Shown here one piece after another: positions 48,480-61,440 of a DNA stretch of 64,000 nucleotides. Position 1 is the stretch's first letter. Every line of letters starts with the position of its first letter. The stretch is from Octopus sinensis (taxonomy: Eukaryota): assembly GCF_006345805.1 (NCBI RefSeq), contig NC_043003.1, forward strand, positions 87,172,001 to 87,236,000. Reading direction: 5' to 3'. Under the pieces are notes generated by a model, which was given only the letters and a program-made list of their open reading frames with translations, was not told where the DNA came from and did not search any database. Made by a program: the position numbers and the translations under genes.

Positions 48480-48765
48480 CATCATCACCATCATCATCAT
48501 CGTTTAACGTCCGTTTTCCGCGCTAGCACGGGTTGGACGGTTCGACTGGGGTCTGGGAAGCCAGGGGCTGCACCAGGCTCCAGTCTGATCTGGCAGTGTT
48601 TCTACAGCTGGATGCCCTTCCTAATGCCAACCACTCCGCGAGTGTAGTGGGTGCTTTTTACGTGCCACCTGCACAGGTGCCAGAGGGGTCTGGCATCGGC
48701 CATGATCGGTTGGTGCTTTTTATGTGCCACCGGCACAGAAGCCAGTCGAGGGTTTGGGTTTAAAA
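48480..48765 (-). mobile_element. RTE 3'-tail fragment
   Basis: Nearly identical to 1752-1998. Confidence 0.9.
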
Positions 48766-49184
48766 AAGGCTTTGGATGGAAATAATCATCATTATTGTCA
48801 TCATCATCATCATCATCGTCATCACTACCATCATCTTCATCATCGTTACCATTTTAACGTCCACTTTTACATTATTGTATGGGTCAGGTGAAATTCATTG
48901 AGGCAGATTTTCTATGTCCTTCCTCTTGCCAATGTTCACCTGTTTCAAAACCAGAGAATAATCGTCATGGACATGTTTTCACATGTCTTCAAGAGCAGCC
49001 TTCTTCATTTTAAAGTCTCTTTCACTTTGAAAGTACTTGATTTGAAGATTTTCCCCTTCTGTTTTAATGTTGAAGGACATCAGATTTTTTGTTTTTTATT
49101 CATGCCCCTTATCAGCACAAAGCTTGAAGTCTTTGTTGATATTTTTGTATTCTTGTCTGTCTGCTGATAATGTTCCTGAGTGTT

Positions 49185-49455
49185 TTGTTGTTGTTGCTGG
49201 TGGTGGTGGTTGTCGTTGTCATCGGGGTGGTCGTGATGGTGGTCATGGTGGTCGTGGTGGTTGTGGTCATGGTGTTCATGGTGGTTGTGGTCATGGTGCT
49301 CGTGGTCGTGGTGGTGGTGATGGTAGTGGTGGTGGTGGTCATCGTCGTCGTGGTCATGGTGGTGGTCGTGGTGGTCGTGGTCGTGGTGGTCATGGTGGTC
49401 GCGGTGGTGGTAGTGGTGGTGGTGGTCATCGTGGTCATCGTCGTCGTCGTCGTGG
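49185..49455. repeat. degenerate (GGT/GTC/GTT)n trinucleotide repeat
   Basis: Explains the poly-T, poly-V and poly-G ORFs. Confidence 0.95.
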
Positions 49456-49878
49456 TGAAGTTATTGTGGATTTGTCTGTATTTGGTGTAGATGTGGTTTC
49501 AGTGATGCTGTTGTGATTGTGTGGTTCATTGAAAGCCTGGTGTTTTTATTGAGTCTTTTTTTTATTTATTTGGCTATCCCTTCTCCTCACAAGATTATAT
49601 TAATCCATACTGGAAGAATTCAAAGCAGGAAGTAGAGGAGGTAGATTTTTGCATGTGTTTGAAAAAGTGGGACAGCTTTTACGTAGAGTAATAGAAAGGG
49701 TCTTAGTTTAGATATTTTCCTGAGGGGCCGCTTTTTGTTTGGCTGTTGCAGGCACCATTATTGTCGTTATTGCTGTTGTTGGTGATGGTGCTGTTGATCT
49801 TCTCCCCTTGCTGTTGCTGCTGCTGTTGCTGCTGTTGCTGCTGTTGCTGCTGTTGCTGCTGCTGTTGCTGCTGTTGCT

Positions 49879-50213
49879 GTTGAGCGGTCCGAAATGTGGT
49901 CCTTTGCTATTCGTAAGACCCACAGAAGAGAAAGTAGGTCAACCCCTGACACCGAGAGTATCGACAGATGGATGAATGCGCATCCAGGTTCAGCGGTTGC
50001 ATAGGAAGTCGGGGACAAGAAACTGGAATAAAGAGTGAGAGAAAGTTGGAGCGAAAGAGTACAGCAGGGATCGCCACCATCCCCTGCCGGAGCCTCGTGG
50101 TGCTTTATGTGTTTTCGCTCAATAAACACACACAACGCCCAGTCTGGGAATCAAAACCGCGATCCTCTGATCACGAGTCCGCTGCCCTAATCACTAAGCC
50201 ATTGTGCCTCCAC
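49879..50213 (-). mobile_element. SINE family C, near full length, with (CAA/CAG)n tail (49810-49880)
   Basis: tRNA-like head aggcacaatggcttagtgattagggcagcggactc.. Confidence 0.9.
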
Positions 50214-50509
50214 TGTTGTTGCTGTTGTTGGTGATGGCACTGTTGTTCCTCTCCCCTTGCTGCTGCTGCTGCTGCTACTGTACATTGTTGTTGATGTTAT
50301 TGGGTACTGTGGTGTCAGCAGTACTGGAGGGAGTGGGGTGTTTCTCTTTCCTGTTATTATTTCCTTTAAACAAAAAGTTCTGAAGTGAACTTCCCTACCA
50401 CATAAGTTGAATTTGGCCCTCTGTTTTCAACTGCAACACACGCAACTCCACTCCAGTGGTAGATGGGTTCAATCTGGAATCTTTTCCACCTCCTTTAGGT
50501 TGATCTGGA

Positions 50510-52106
50510 GGCAAAAATGACAGAAACATCTAACATTAATCTTGACCAGCAGCATGTCATAAAGGTGTTAGAACCAGCAGAGAGCTACAGATACCTAGGA
50601 GTATTTGAAGGTGATGGAATCAAGCATTCAATGATAAGGGAAAAGATCAGAAGAAAACGTTATCGCAAGGTAAGAGCAATACTCAAGGCAGAGCTAAATG
50701 CAAGAAACAGGATCGAAGTGATCATACTTTAGCCATACTGGTCATGACTTACAGTTTCAATATCATAAATGGTCAATTACTGAAAACTGTAATCTTGACA
50801 GAAAAATACGAAAATTGTTAACAATGCATAGAATGCACCACAATAAGGCAGATATAGAACGACTTTACCTGCCAAGAAAAGAGGGTGGCTGTGGACTTCT
50901 ACAACTGGAATTAACAAAGAAGATTGCCACAAGTAGCCTAAACACCTACCTGGAAAACTTTGATGACTGAATGTTAAAACTTTTCTTAAAACATGAAAAA
51001 AGAAAGTATCATACTCAGTAACAAAACTGGCAAAGGAATATCTAAGTGGATTCCAAATACAACCAATCCCAGAATTAGACGTACTGGAAACAAGCACAGA
51101 AAAAGCTAAGTGTATGAAAACCCGTGCTAAAACTGCTGCCTTAGATACTCTTACTGATAAATGGCAAGAAAAACCTCTCAATGGCAATATACCCAAAGAG
51201 GGCTAATAATGCCGATGTTGACAAAGCCCTAACCCATCAATGGTTAGTGTCTTATGGCTTAAAATCAGACAGAAAGATTTATCATAGCAGACCATGATCA
51301 ATGCCTACCTACAAGGAACTACAAGGCCAAGAATGGCAGTAGCCCAACATGTCATGTATGTAAACAACAAAATGAAACCATTGATCATGTTGTCTCCATG
51401 TACAGTCTTTTTGTGCCTACAGAGTATCTCAACAGGCATAAAAGAGCAGCACAGTATATTCACTGGGTAATTTGCAAAAGCCTGGACCTGACCCATGATA
51501 AAAACTGGAGGGAACACAAACCACCTCCAGTGCTTGAAAATGATTGCATCTCACTCCTCTGGAACTTCAAAATTCAAACTAACAGAAAGATAGATGCAAA
51601 TAAGCCAGACGTTATATTGAAAAACTTCAGACAAAAATCTTGCCTCCTCATTAATATGACTATCTCAATTGACATAAACGTATCTGTCAAGACCTACCAA
51701 AAACTAAACAAGTATAAAGATCTCAAAATAGAAATTGGCAAAATGTGGAACCTCAAGACTAAAACAATACCTGTTGTCATAGGTGCCCTAGGAATGATAG
51801 CAAAGGGAGCTGATTCCTACCTAGCTCAGATACTAGGAAACCCCAAAATGGCCGAAATTCAAAATAGTGCTCATGAGAACTGCTCATATCCTATGTAAAA
51901 TACTGTCTATGTAATCTCAAATTTTAAAACAAACTTATAATTTTCTTAAGTTTTCTTAAACATTCTCTAGAACAATGCTATGTGCAAAAACAAATATATG
52001 ACACCCTAGGCATAACTACAACTTGAACTTCTAACTTGTTGTCTCTTGAGGTCTCTGGGTGAGACTTGGAGTCAACTTGTACAAATACAAAGCAAAAGTC
52101 AAACAT

Positions 52107-52107
<1 letters not shown>
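50510..52107 (+). mobile_element. R4/Dong-like RLE retrotransposon 3' part, copy 1
   Basis: YRYLGV..RLYLPRKEGGCGL..ETIDHVVS..RHKRAAQYIHW..KPDVIL..IPVVIGALG; ends at (TAA)n. Confidence 0.85.
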
Positions 52108-52144
<37 letters not shown>

Positions 52145-52162
52145 ATAATAATAATAATAATA

Positions 52163-53048
52163 AGCCCCTGCATGGACAATATATTCTCCGAAGCCAAAAT
52201 GCTGATGTAGACCAAGCAACAACCCATCAGTGGCTGAAGAGTTCTGGATTGAAAGCAGCACAAGATCAAAGCTTGTTTACCAGAAATTACCAGGCTAATG
52301 TTCTCCGAAACGGTACTGACCCTAAATGCAGATTCTGCAACACATTTGACGAAACAATAGACCATCTCGTTTCGGGATGTCCTGTGCTGACACCAAATGA
52401 ATACAAAAATCGCCACGATAGGGTAGGACAGTATATACATTGGAAGATATGTAAACACTACAAATCCGACACTCCTGCTAACTGGTATGAACACCATCCT
52501 CAGTCAGTTGTTGAAGGTAAAGATGTCACCATCCTCTGGGATTTTCCAGTCAACACTGACAGAACGATCAAGGCTAATCAACCAGACATAATTGTTAAAG
52601 ACAGGAAAGAAAATACCTGCAGACTAATAGAGGTAAGCGTCCCCACTGATAAAAATGTATCTGTAAAGGAATTTGACAAACTTAGTAAATATAAGGACCT
52701 GGAAATCGAAATACAAAAGATGTGGAATCTTAAAACAAAAACTGTTCCTGTTATTGTAGGTGCCCTAGGTATGATAAAAAAAGGGATGTCAGAAACACCT
52801 AGACAATATCCCTGGAAAACCATGTCTCAAGGAAATCCAAAAGATTGTGCTAACAAGTACTGCCCACATCCTTAGAAAAACCCTATCAATGTAAATGTTT
52901 GTGTTTGCATTACATGGAGATATATCTCTACTTCCCCTCCCCAAGCTTTCAGCTATATTTCAACAACTCTTAACCTTCACTTGCCCAAGAGCGCTGGGTG
53001 TGCCCCGGCAAGTGATTGCATCAAACATGCAGATTAAAAGTAAATGAC
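52163..53048 (+). mobile_element. R4/Dong-like 3' fragment, copy 2
   Basis: CRFCNTFDETIDHLVSGC (CCHC knuckle), NQPDIIVKD..IEV (PD-(D/E)xK); (TAA)n on both sides; 3' hairpin tcacttgcc..ggcaagtga. Confidence 0.9.
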
Positions 53049-53080
53049 AATAATAATAATAAATAAATAAATAAATAAAT

Positions 53081-53530
53081 AAACCTGATATTATTATAAA
53101 AGATCAGATAAAAAAGGTGTGTTTATTAATTGACATGATATTCCTTGTGATCACAATATAGCAGCAAAAGAATTTGACAAGATCAATAGAAATTGGAAAA
53201 ATGTAGCATCTCAAGGCGACTACAGTGATTGTAGGAGCTCTAGGAATGATAAAAAAAGGTACTGAAACCTATTTGAAAATGATACCAGACTTACCATCCC
53301 TACAAGAAGTGCAAAAAATCATGTTAACTAGAACGACTCATTTACTGAGAAGAGCATTATCGCTGTGAAAGCAACATCCATTCATGAATTTATTTATTTA
53401 TTAATTTTATAAATACATATTTTACCTGTGAATTTGCATGTGTAATCTGGGAATGCATACACTGAGCTTCTCTGCCCTAGGTGTACGGAAAACACTCGGT
53501 GAGAAACGGAAGAAAATTTGAAGAAAGAAG
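53081..53530 (+). mobile_element. R4/Dong-like 3' fragment, copy 3
   Basis: KPDIIIKD..CLLID..VGALGMIKKG..KRALSL*; followed by A-run and (TAA)n. Confidence 0.8.
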
Positions 53531-53541
53531 GAAAAAAAAAA

Positions 53542-53586
<45 letters not shown>

Positions 53587-53590
<4 letters not shown>

Positions 53591-54143
53591 GCCCTGATGC
53601 AGTACCAGGCAGTTACTCTCATGGCTTCTGATCTTAACTGATTGGAAGTGTTATCATGTACATTGTTTTGTCTTAGTATAAAAGATGGGCTACAGCAAAT
53701 ATTCTGCTCAATACCACAGATTTGCTTATCAGTTCTTTGACCATAACCAGTTAAGCTTGTCCCTTAGTGGTTGATGATATGTGCACCTCTGATCATGAGC
53801 AGAAGTAACAGGGAAACATCATAGCCATGCATTAAGAGGATTCTTTGGAGTTTGAATAATTCACCTTTGGAAACATGGGTGTTTCTTTCAACATCCTTAA
53901 ATAACTTTTATTCAGGGACCTTTTGAGTGGGATGGGCTACTCGACCTGAAGAAAATTCTAACTGGACCCCCACCTGCAAGGTCATGCACTGTTAATCTTG
54001 ATATAAGATCACCATGTTGCACACATGTCTGTGATGCATGTGCCTGGTGTACCCTTATCAGATGTGTAGTCATGATGGGTATGCTGGGCTTCGTATATTT
54101 TACCCCAGTGTCACTTTGATGGCATGCACTGCTCTCTCACTCA
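53587..54143. mobile_element. 557-bp non-coding element bounded by (TAA)n
   Basis: Complex sequence with sharp (AAT)n boundaries on both sides; no long ORF. Confidence 0.55.
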
Positions 54144-54174
54144 ATAATAACAATAATAATGATTATGATGATGA

Positions 54175-54208
<34 letters not shown>

Positions 54209-54278
54209 GGTGGTGGTGGTGGTGGTGGTGGTGGTGGTGATGATGATGATGTTGATGATGATGATAATAATAATAATG
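54144..54278. repeat. mirror-ordered trinucleotide array AAT-GAT-GGT-GAT-AAT
   Basis: Directly visible. Confidence 0.9.
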
Positions 54279-54855
54279 ACTAGTTAGACTCATGAATATT
54301 TCATAGAATTAATGTTAAACTTATCGGATTATTTCTGAAAACTTTATCCAAGAAAGCTGAAAGTGTAGCCTGTGGTATGCCTGTGTCAAAAGATAGTTGT
54401 TTCTCTGGTAATGATTGAAGATGAAGGAAATTGGAATACAATGATTACTTAATGCACTTTATATACACACTTTATATACTTCATGCACAATTTGATAGAC
54501 TTAATACACAGCACTCTCACTCCTTGCCTTATCCTCTTATTCTCTTTCCTTTTTCTTTAGCTCTTTGCCTTTTGCTTCAACCAATCATGTGAAAGTGTTA
54601 TAGACTGGTTAAGTAATGGAGAAAAAAACAACTTAGCTCAAAAAAAGTTACACATTTCACTCACCACCACCTCTCCCTCCCCTCCCTATCTTCCCATCCT
54701 ATCCACCCTCCCTCCCTACCCCACCACCCAACCCTACCATACCCCCTCTCCCTCTCTCTCCCCTTCAACTAATCATGTGGAAGCATTATGGACAGGCTAA
54801 GTAACAGAAGAACAAGCAGAATTATTATAAGATGATGATGATGATGATGATGAAG

Positions 54856-54893
<38 letters not shown>

Positions 54894-54897
<4 letters not shown>

Positions 54898-56542
54898 GGA
54901 AGAAAACGAGCATGAGGCTGAGATTATTGATCAAGAAAGTGAAATCATTGATATTTGGACTTCTGGTGAACAGAGCTTTCATACGGGGTTTAAAAAAGTA
55001 GACAGAAAGAAACTCAATGAATAGGTCAGGAAGATAAATGATATCACTAGAGATATCAAGACTGACAACATCACAGACGCCGACAAACTGATAAATACAA
55101 TCTTGATCTTTACAGCCTGGAAGTTAGGTTTGGAAGCCAAAGGTAAATGTCAACATAACCTGAAGGAAACATGGTGGAAAAGGAGAATAACACAGTCTGT
55201 TAACAAGACTGGAAGACATATTAATATTCTGGAACAGAAAAAAAGAAACGAAGTTCAATATGTTGAGCTAGATAGAAGGTATAGGGTGAAGAGAAAGAGA
55301 ATCAATGTTGTGATTGAGGAATTAAAACAGAGGTTGAAAGCTAAAGTACATAAACTAAAGAGATATGAACAGAGAATTGAGGAGTACAGATTAAACAGAC
55401 TTTTTGAACAAAATCAGGAACGAGTCTATCAAGAACTGGAGGGGAAAGAAAAAGGTGAAAAAGTCATGCCAGATACTGTAGAAAGCAAATATATTGACAT
55501 GGAATTTGGGATTGAGAAATGTGATGTAATGATTCTCAAAAGGGGAAAATCAGTATAAGCCATGGGATCAAGCTGGAAAGTGGTGAAACTATGAAGGAAG
55601 TCAGAGAGAGAGAGGTTATAAGTACCAGGGTATCATTGAAAGAGATAAGATGAATGAACATAAGATGAAAGAAATGTACAGGAAGGAGTATTTGAAGTGA
55701 ACTCAGCCTGTGCTCCAGTCAAAGCTAAATAGCCACTACAAGATCAGAGCAATTAACATGTGGGTGGTTGCCTTTGATGAGATATGAATGAGGCAGGAAT
55801 AGTATCTTGGAAGAAGCATGAATTACAAGAGATAGACTTGAGAACATGTAAATTAATGACAATGAACAAGGAACTACACCCCAAGAGTTATGTGTCAAGA
55901 TTGTACATAAGGAGGAAAGAAGGAGGATGGGAATTGGTGTGTTGTGAAGGTTGTGTAAGGGAAGAAGAGAATAGCCTGGCTTGGTATGTCAAGGAGAGAA
56001 CAGAAGAAATGATTGAAGCAGTGAAAATGCAAGGAACCTTAAAAGTGAATGAAGCCGTAGATCCAACACAATTTAAGAAAGATCAGAGAGAGTAGATGAA
56101 GAAAATTTGGCAGGACAAGAAAATGCACAGTCAGTTCTTGAAGAATAATGATGAGATTGATTGATTAGCATAGAACCTGGCAATGGCAGCAGAAAAGAAA
56201 CTTAAAAGGGCCCACCGAGGCCTTAGTGTGCAGTGCTCAAGAACAACCTTTCAGAACAAACTACTCCAGGTAACACATTGATAAAAGCACTGACTCTGAG
56301 GTGTGCTCTGAGAAGGGAAAATGTATAAGCCATATTGTTAGTGAGTGCTGTAAGCTCATACAAGATGAATACAAAAGGAAACATGACAATGTGGCCAGAT
56401 ATGTCCAGATATGTCCACTGGCTGTTGTGTGGTAAAGCAAACCTTGAGAGAGCTGAACAATGGCATTAACACAAGCCAGAGTGAGTAATGGAAAATGAAC
56501 ATTACAAAATACTCTGGGATTTTAACATGCACTGCAACCAAG
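54894..56542 (+). mobile_element. R4/Dong-like element, internally deleted
   Basis: KLKRYEQRIEEYRLNRLFEQNQERVYQEL joined to MEFGIEKC; LYIRRKEGG; HIVSEC..YKRKHDNVA; ILWDFN. Begins after (TAA)n. Confidence 0.8.
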
Positions 56543-56549
56543 TTGTAGC

Positions 56550-56870
56550 AATGATAAGTGATCGAGACCTTTGGTTATATGCTGTGCTTGTGAAGACTCA
56601 TCAAGCCAAGTTAAATCGCAGTCATGGCTGATGCCAGGGTTGCTTAACTGGCATTTGTGCTGGTGGTGCGTTAAAAACACTCTTCGAATGTTGGGTGATA
56701 TGTTGTACTTGAGAAGACCCATGAAGCCAAGTGAAATCATAGTCATGGCCAATGTCAGTGTTGCGTAACAGGCACCCATGCTGATGGCATGTAAAAAACA
56801 CACTTCAAATTTTGGGCCTCACAGAGCAGTGGCAAGTGACCGAGACCTTTGACAATACACCATGCTTCAG
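56550..56870 (+). mobile_element. RTE 3'-UTR fragment
   Basis: gagacctttgg..tatgctgtgcttgagaagacc-type blocks. Confidence 0.75.
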
Positions 56871-57870
56871 AAGACAATCAAGTTTGTAGGTCTCGATAAG
56901 TATGGTTGCTCTAGGTTGTGACAAAAAAAATTTGATGTTTTGGACACAGATCTATCAATAGAAGTGTCAAGTAATGGCTGGTGGAAGTGAAAGATGATGA
57001 ATATCTTAAAAGTGAAGGATATGTATAAAGTCCCTTCGATTCCATCATCAATTTTGAGAATGCATTCTCTCACTAGTTTTCTTGGAGTCTGGACTTTACT
57101 GTTGCTGGTAGCAAAATTGTTTTGCAAGTAGCTTGCTGGATTCTTTCATTAAGATACATTATTATCACAGTAAATCTGGCACATATTCTCAATAGATAGC
57201 TGAACTAAAACTGGATTAACTGCTAGTGTCTTACTCAGGAGCATAGCAGAACTTCAGTTCTAAATATAAATTCATGATACATGAGTTATTAGCATAATAC
57301 TCTATCCACTTACCTATTCTATAAATACTATTTCAATACATCTATATTTACAAATTGCAACATACTTATACAACTATGGCATAAAATTTATTCTGTTATT
57401 TTAGCTATTTGTATTACTTTTCACTGATGCAGAACATCTAATTTTCCTCAGATTTACTGAGTGTGGCTTGAGGTAAATTTGGCTGCTATTTATAGCAGGG
57501 TGAGTGGAACTACCACTTCCAGCACCAACATCACACCATCACAACGATGACCACCACTAACATCACAATCACCACCATCATAAACAAAGCAAATAAAACA
57601 AGTGGAGTAATTAATTTATGGAGACATGAAGATAACTTTACTTCTCACGCAACACCTGTACATGCCAGATAGCTTGTAATATTATAATTAACTTTTTAAT
57701 TAGACATGATTAATCAAAACACATACCTGCATATATTCAATGTAAAAATCTTATGTATGCAGATGAACAGGAAATGACAAATAAAGACGTGTGCCAGGTT
57801 GGGATTAGAGTGTTACTTGCTCTAGATACATTACAAAAAGATAACCACACACACATGCACACACATATAT

Positions 57871-57942
<72 letters not shown>

Positions 57943-57944
57943 CT

Positions 57945-57986
<42 letters not shown>

Positions 57987-58041
57987 TATAAATATATACA
58001 TACACACACACACAGAAGCACACACATGTATAAATATATAT

Positions 58042-58526
58042 ATATAATAACAAATTAATAAATAAAACATGCATATATACATACATATATGTACGTACCT
58101 ACCTCTACATGTATATATACATGCATATATGGGTACAGGAAACCAAAAAAACGTTGAACACAATGAGAAACGAAAACATAAACACAAAACCAAGGAAATG
58201 GACATTTTTCTTAAACAATGAAAACATAGAGTACAGGACATACAACACAAGGAAAATTCCCCTTCTTCAGTCACCTCTGTTTCATCTATTCCACGTTTCG
58301 AAGGTCAAGGCGAGACCTTGTGTTGTATGTCCTGTACTCTATTTTTTCGTTGTTTAAGAAAAATGTCCATTTCCTTCGTTTTGTGTTTATGTTTTCGTTT
58401 CTCATTGTGTTTGACGTTTTTTTGGAGTCCTGTACCCATATATGCATGTATATATACATGTAGATGTAGGTACGCACATATATGTATGTATATATGCATG
58501 TTTTATTTATTAATTTGTTATTATAT
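58042..58526. repeat. inverted repeat, 211-bp arms, 63-bp spacer
   Basis: 58042-58252 vs 58316-58526, with a few substitutions. Confidence 0.95.
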
Positions 58527-58592
58527 GACGGAACACATGCATCCATTTCTAAGTAAGTTTGTTCTTAATATATATATATATATATATGTATA

Positions 58593-59332
58593 TCATCATC
58601 ATCATCATCATTTAGCGTCCGTTTTCCATGCTAGCATGGGTTGGACAGTTCAACTGGGGTCTGTGAAGCCAGAAGGCTGCATCAGGCCCAGTCTGATCTG
58701 GCAGTGTTTCTACGGCTGGATGCCCTTCCTAATGCTAACCACTCCGCAAGTGTAGTGGGTGCTTTTTACGTGCCACCCGCACAGGAGCCACACGGAGCTG
58801 GCAAATGGCCACGAACGGATGGTGCTTTTACGTGCCACCGGCACGGGGGCCAGGCGAGGCTGACAACGGACACGAACGGATGGTGCTTTTACGTGCCACC
58901 GGCACAGAGGCCAGTCGGGGCGGCGCTGGCAACGGGCACGAACGGATGGTGCTTTTTATGTGCCACCGACACGGGGGCCAGGCGAGGCTGGCAATGGCCA
59001 CAAACGGATGGTGCTTGCCGGTGGCACGTAAAAAGCACCATCCGTTCGTGTCCATTGCCAGCCTCGCCTGGCCCCCGTGCCGGTGGCACATAAAAAGCAC
59101 CATCCGTTCGTGGCCGTTTGCCAGCTCTGTCTGGCACCTGTGCGGGTGGCACATAAAAAGCACCCACTACACTCACGGAGTGGTTGGCGTTAGGAAGGGC
59201 ATCCAGCCGTAGAAACACTGCCAGATCAGACTGGGCCTGATGAAGCCTTCTGGCTTCACAGACCCCAGTTGAACCGTCCAACCCATGCTAGCATGGAAAA
59301 CGGACACTAAACGATGATGATGATGATGATGA

Positions 59333-59336
<4 letters not shown>
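58593..59336. mobile_element. two RTE tails in a divergent palindrome (58593-59016 minus, 59017-59336 plus)
   Basis: Both end in an outward-facing (GAT)n and share the variant tgtgaagcc/ggcttcaca. Confidence 0.9.
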
Positions 59337-59413
<77 letters not shown>

Positions 59414-59754
59414 TGTATGTATGTATGTATGTATGTATGCATGTATGTATTTATTTTCATTTGTGGGAAATGTTTTGAAAATACTTATAAAAGCTCCTAT
59501 TTTATCATGCTGGCTTCAACATGATGATGTCAACTGTTGATACCATTTTTTTGCATCTTAAGAAATGAATGCATGAACATGATCTACCCAATGTCCATGG
59601 CTACTATGGACTGCACTGTAATCATCCAAGGAATATGGACTATGATCTTAAGAAGCATGTAATTTGTGAAAGCGTTCAGAGCAATGCATTAAAATATTCA
59701 TAAATTCTATCCAAGGATTATTATTCTTATTTCTCTACAGATGATAGTTATATT

Positions 59755-59790
<36 letters not shown>

Positions 59791-60033
59791 TACACATACA
59801 CACACACACACACATACACATACACAAGGTAACAGGGTGGCAGAATTGTTAGCATGCTGGATGAAATGCTTGGCAGTATTTCATTCATCCTTATAATTCA
59901 AGTTCTGCTGAGGCCAACTTTGACTCATGTCCTTTTGGGTTGATAAAATAAGTACTAGTTGAACACTATGGTCGATGTAATCAACTTAACTAACCTTGGA
60001 TAAGATTTCAACATGCAATTTTGCTTTACCTAA

Positions 60034-60265
60034 AAGGCAGCGAGCTGGCAGAAATGTTAGCACACTGGGCGAAATGCCTAGCGGTTTTTTATCTGCCATT
60101 ACGTTCTGAGTTCAAATTCCGCCAAAGTCGACTTAGCCTTTCATCCTTTAAGGGTCGATAAATTAAGTACCAGTTATTCACTGGGGTCGATGTAATCGAC
60201 TTAATCCCTTTGTTTGTCCTTGTTTGTCCACTCTATGTTTAGCCCTTTGTGGGTAGTAAAGAAAT
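60034..60265 (+). mobile_element. SINE family B
   Basis: Full head to tail; an older degenerate copy precedes it (about 59826-59990). Confidence 0.9.
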
Positions 60266-61224
60266 CGGTATTGCGCTTTGTGATTGAAAACAACATTGCT
60301 CACAGCAATCTGGATGTCCTGTATTTTTGCAACTTTATTTTTCATCCACTCATTTGTATATTTTATTTTTTTATTGGTTTCGTCTAAAAGGAAGGATTTG
60401 TGCCTATGGCTACTTGAAGGCTCTTTGATATTAATGGAATCTACACAGTTAATATTTTTATTTCAACAGTTTAAGAAGAAAATACATGGCTGCAAGAAAA
60501 ACAAATAAGGATGAAATCCAAAAGGATGACATTCTGGGCAGAGGCGGGAAAGAACTATGTGCAATGATTAGTGAACTATGATGGAGTAGATGCAATGATG
60601 ATGATGAGAAGAGGAGAGACGAGTGTTTCAAGAGTTCTTAAGTGGAGCTGGCGCATATCTAGTTAGCTTCAAATAACAGAGTTCATAGTAATGGTGTCAG
60701 GAAAACAAAGAAGACAGCTCATTATTGCAGCAAAGTGTTGAGATAAGCATCAATTCAATGACTGTGTGCATCTCATGAAAATCTTTACTTTACATTTTAA
60801 TCAACTTTGTTTTAGATTATTACCTGGCTGAATAATGAAGTGTGTAAATGACGATGCACTCTCAGTCAAATCTATAATGTTCTTCTAATATTTAAGTATA
60901 CAGTAGATGAAGTGGTAAAAATGGTAGAAGATCATATATGCCTTACAGTGTTAGTATTCAGTTACCATCTTCTACATTCTGAGTCTAAATCTTTTCAAAA
61001 TCTTCTTTGCCTTCCTTCCTTTCTTTAACAACATCATCAATGTTGACAAAATATGGAACATTCATGTTCTGGAGGCAATCCTATTAAATGTTCTCTTCGC
61101 TTGTAAATTTGTAACATTGTGTCACAGTAAAAAATCGGTATTGATATTTATTGAGTGCATTTTTGCATTTTTGAATTATCTAGTAGTTGTCTCTTTTACA
61201 ACACATCTTTGTAATTGCTTCAAA

Positions 61225-61440
61225 ACTGATTTTGATTTCAGTTAGATGAGACAATTGATGTCTCTCGCATGCAACATTGGTTTCTTTTAGTATACACTGT
61301 CTGTCTTCATTTAAAGAGATTGTCAGCTGTCAATTGTAAAATCTCATTTGAAAACAAAAGGGCAGTCCTAAAACGTCAGATTCCTCTTCTCCCTAAGCTA
61401 TACAAATTCATTCCAACTCAGGAACTTCAGTGGAACTTTT
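61225..61440 (+). mobile_element. hAT (Charlie/Buster-like) transposase relic
   Basis: FQLDETIDVS resembles hAT LQLDESTDVS; downstream YKFIPTQELQWNF. Confidence 0.4.

Noticed and set aside
49067-49516. Gly/Arg/His-rich or mucin-like protein
   Set aside because: Frames of a degenerate trinucleotide repeat with no non-repetitive coding context.
56867-57127. 86-aa minus-strand ORF (..RKLVRECILKIDDGIEG..)
   Set aside because: Protein-like but unrecognised, with no splice support; length is compatible with chance.
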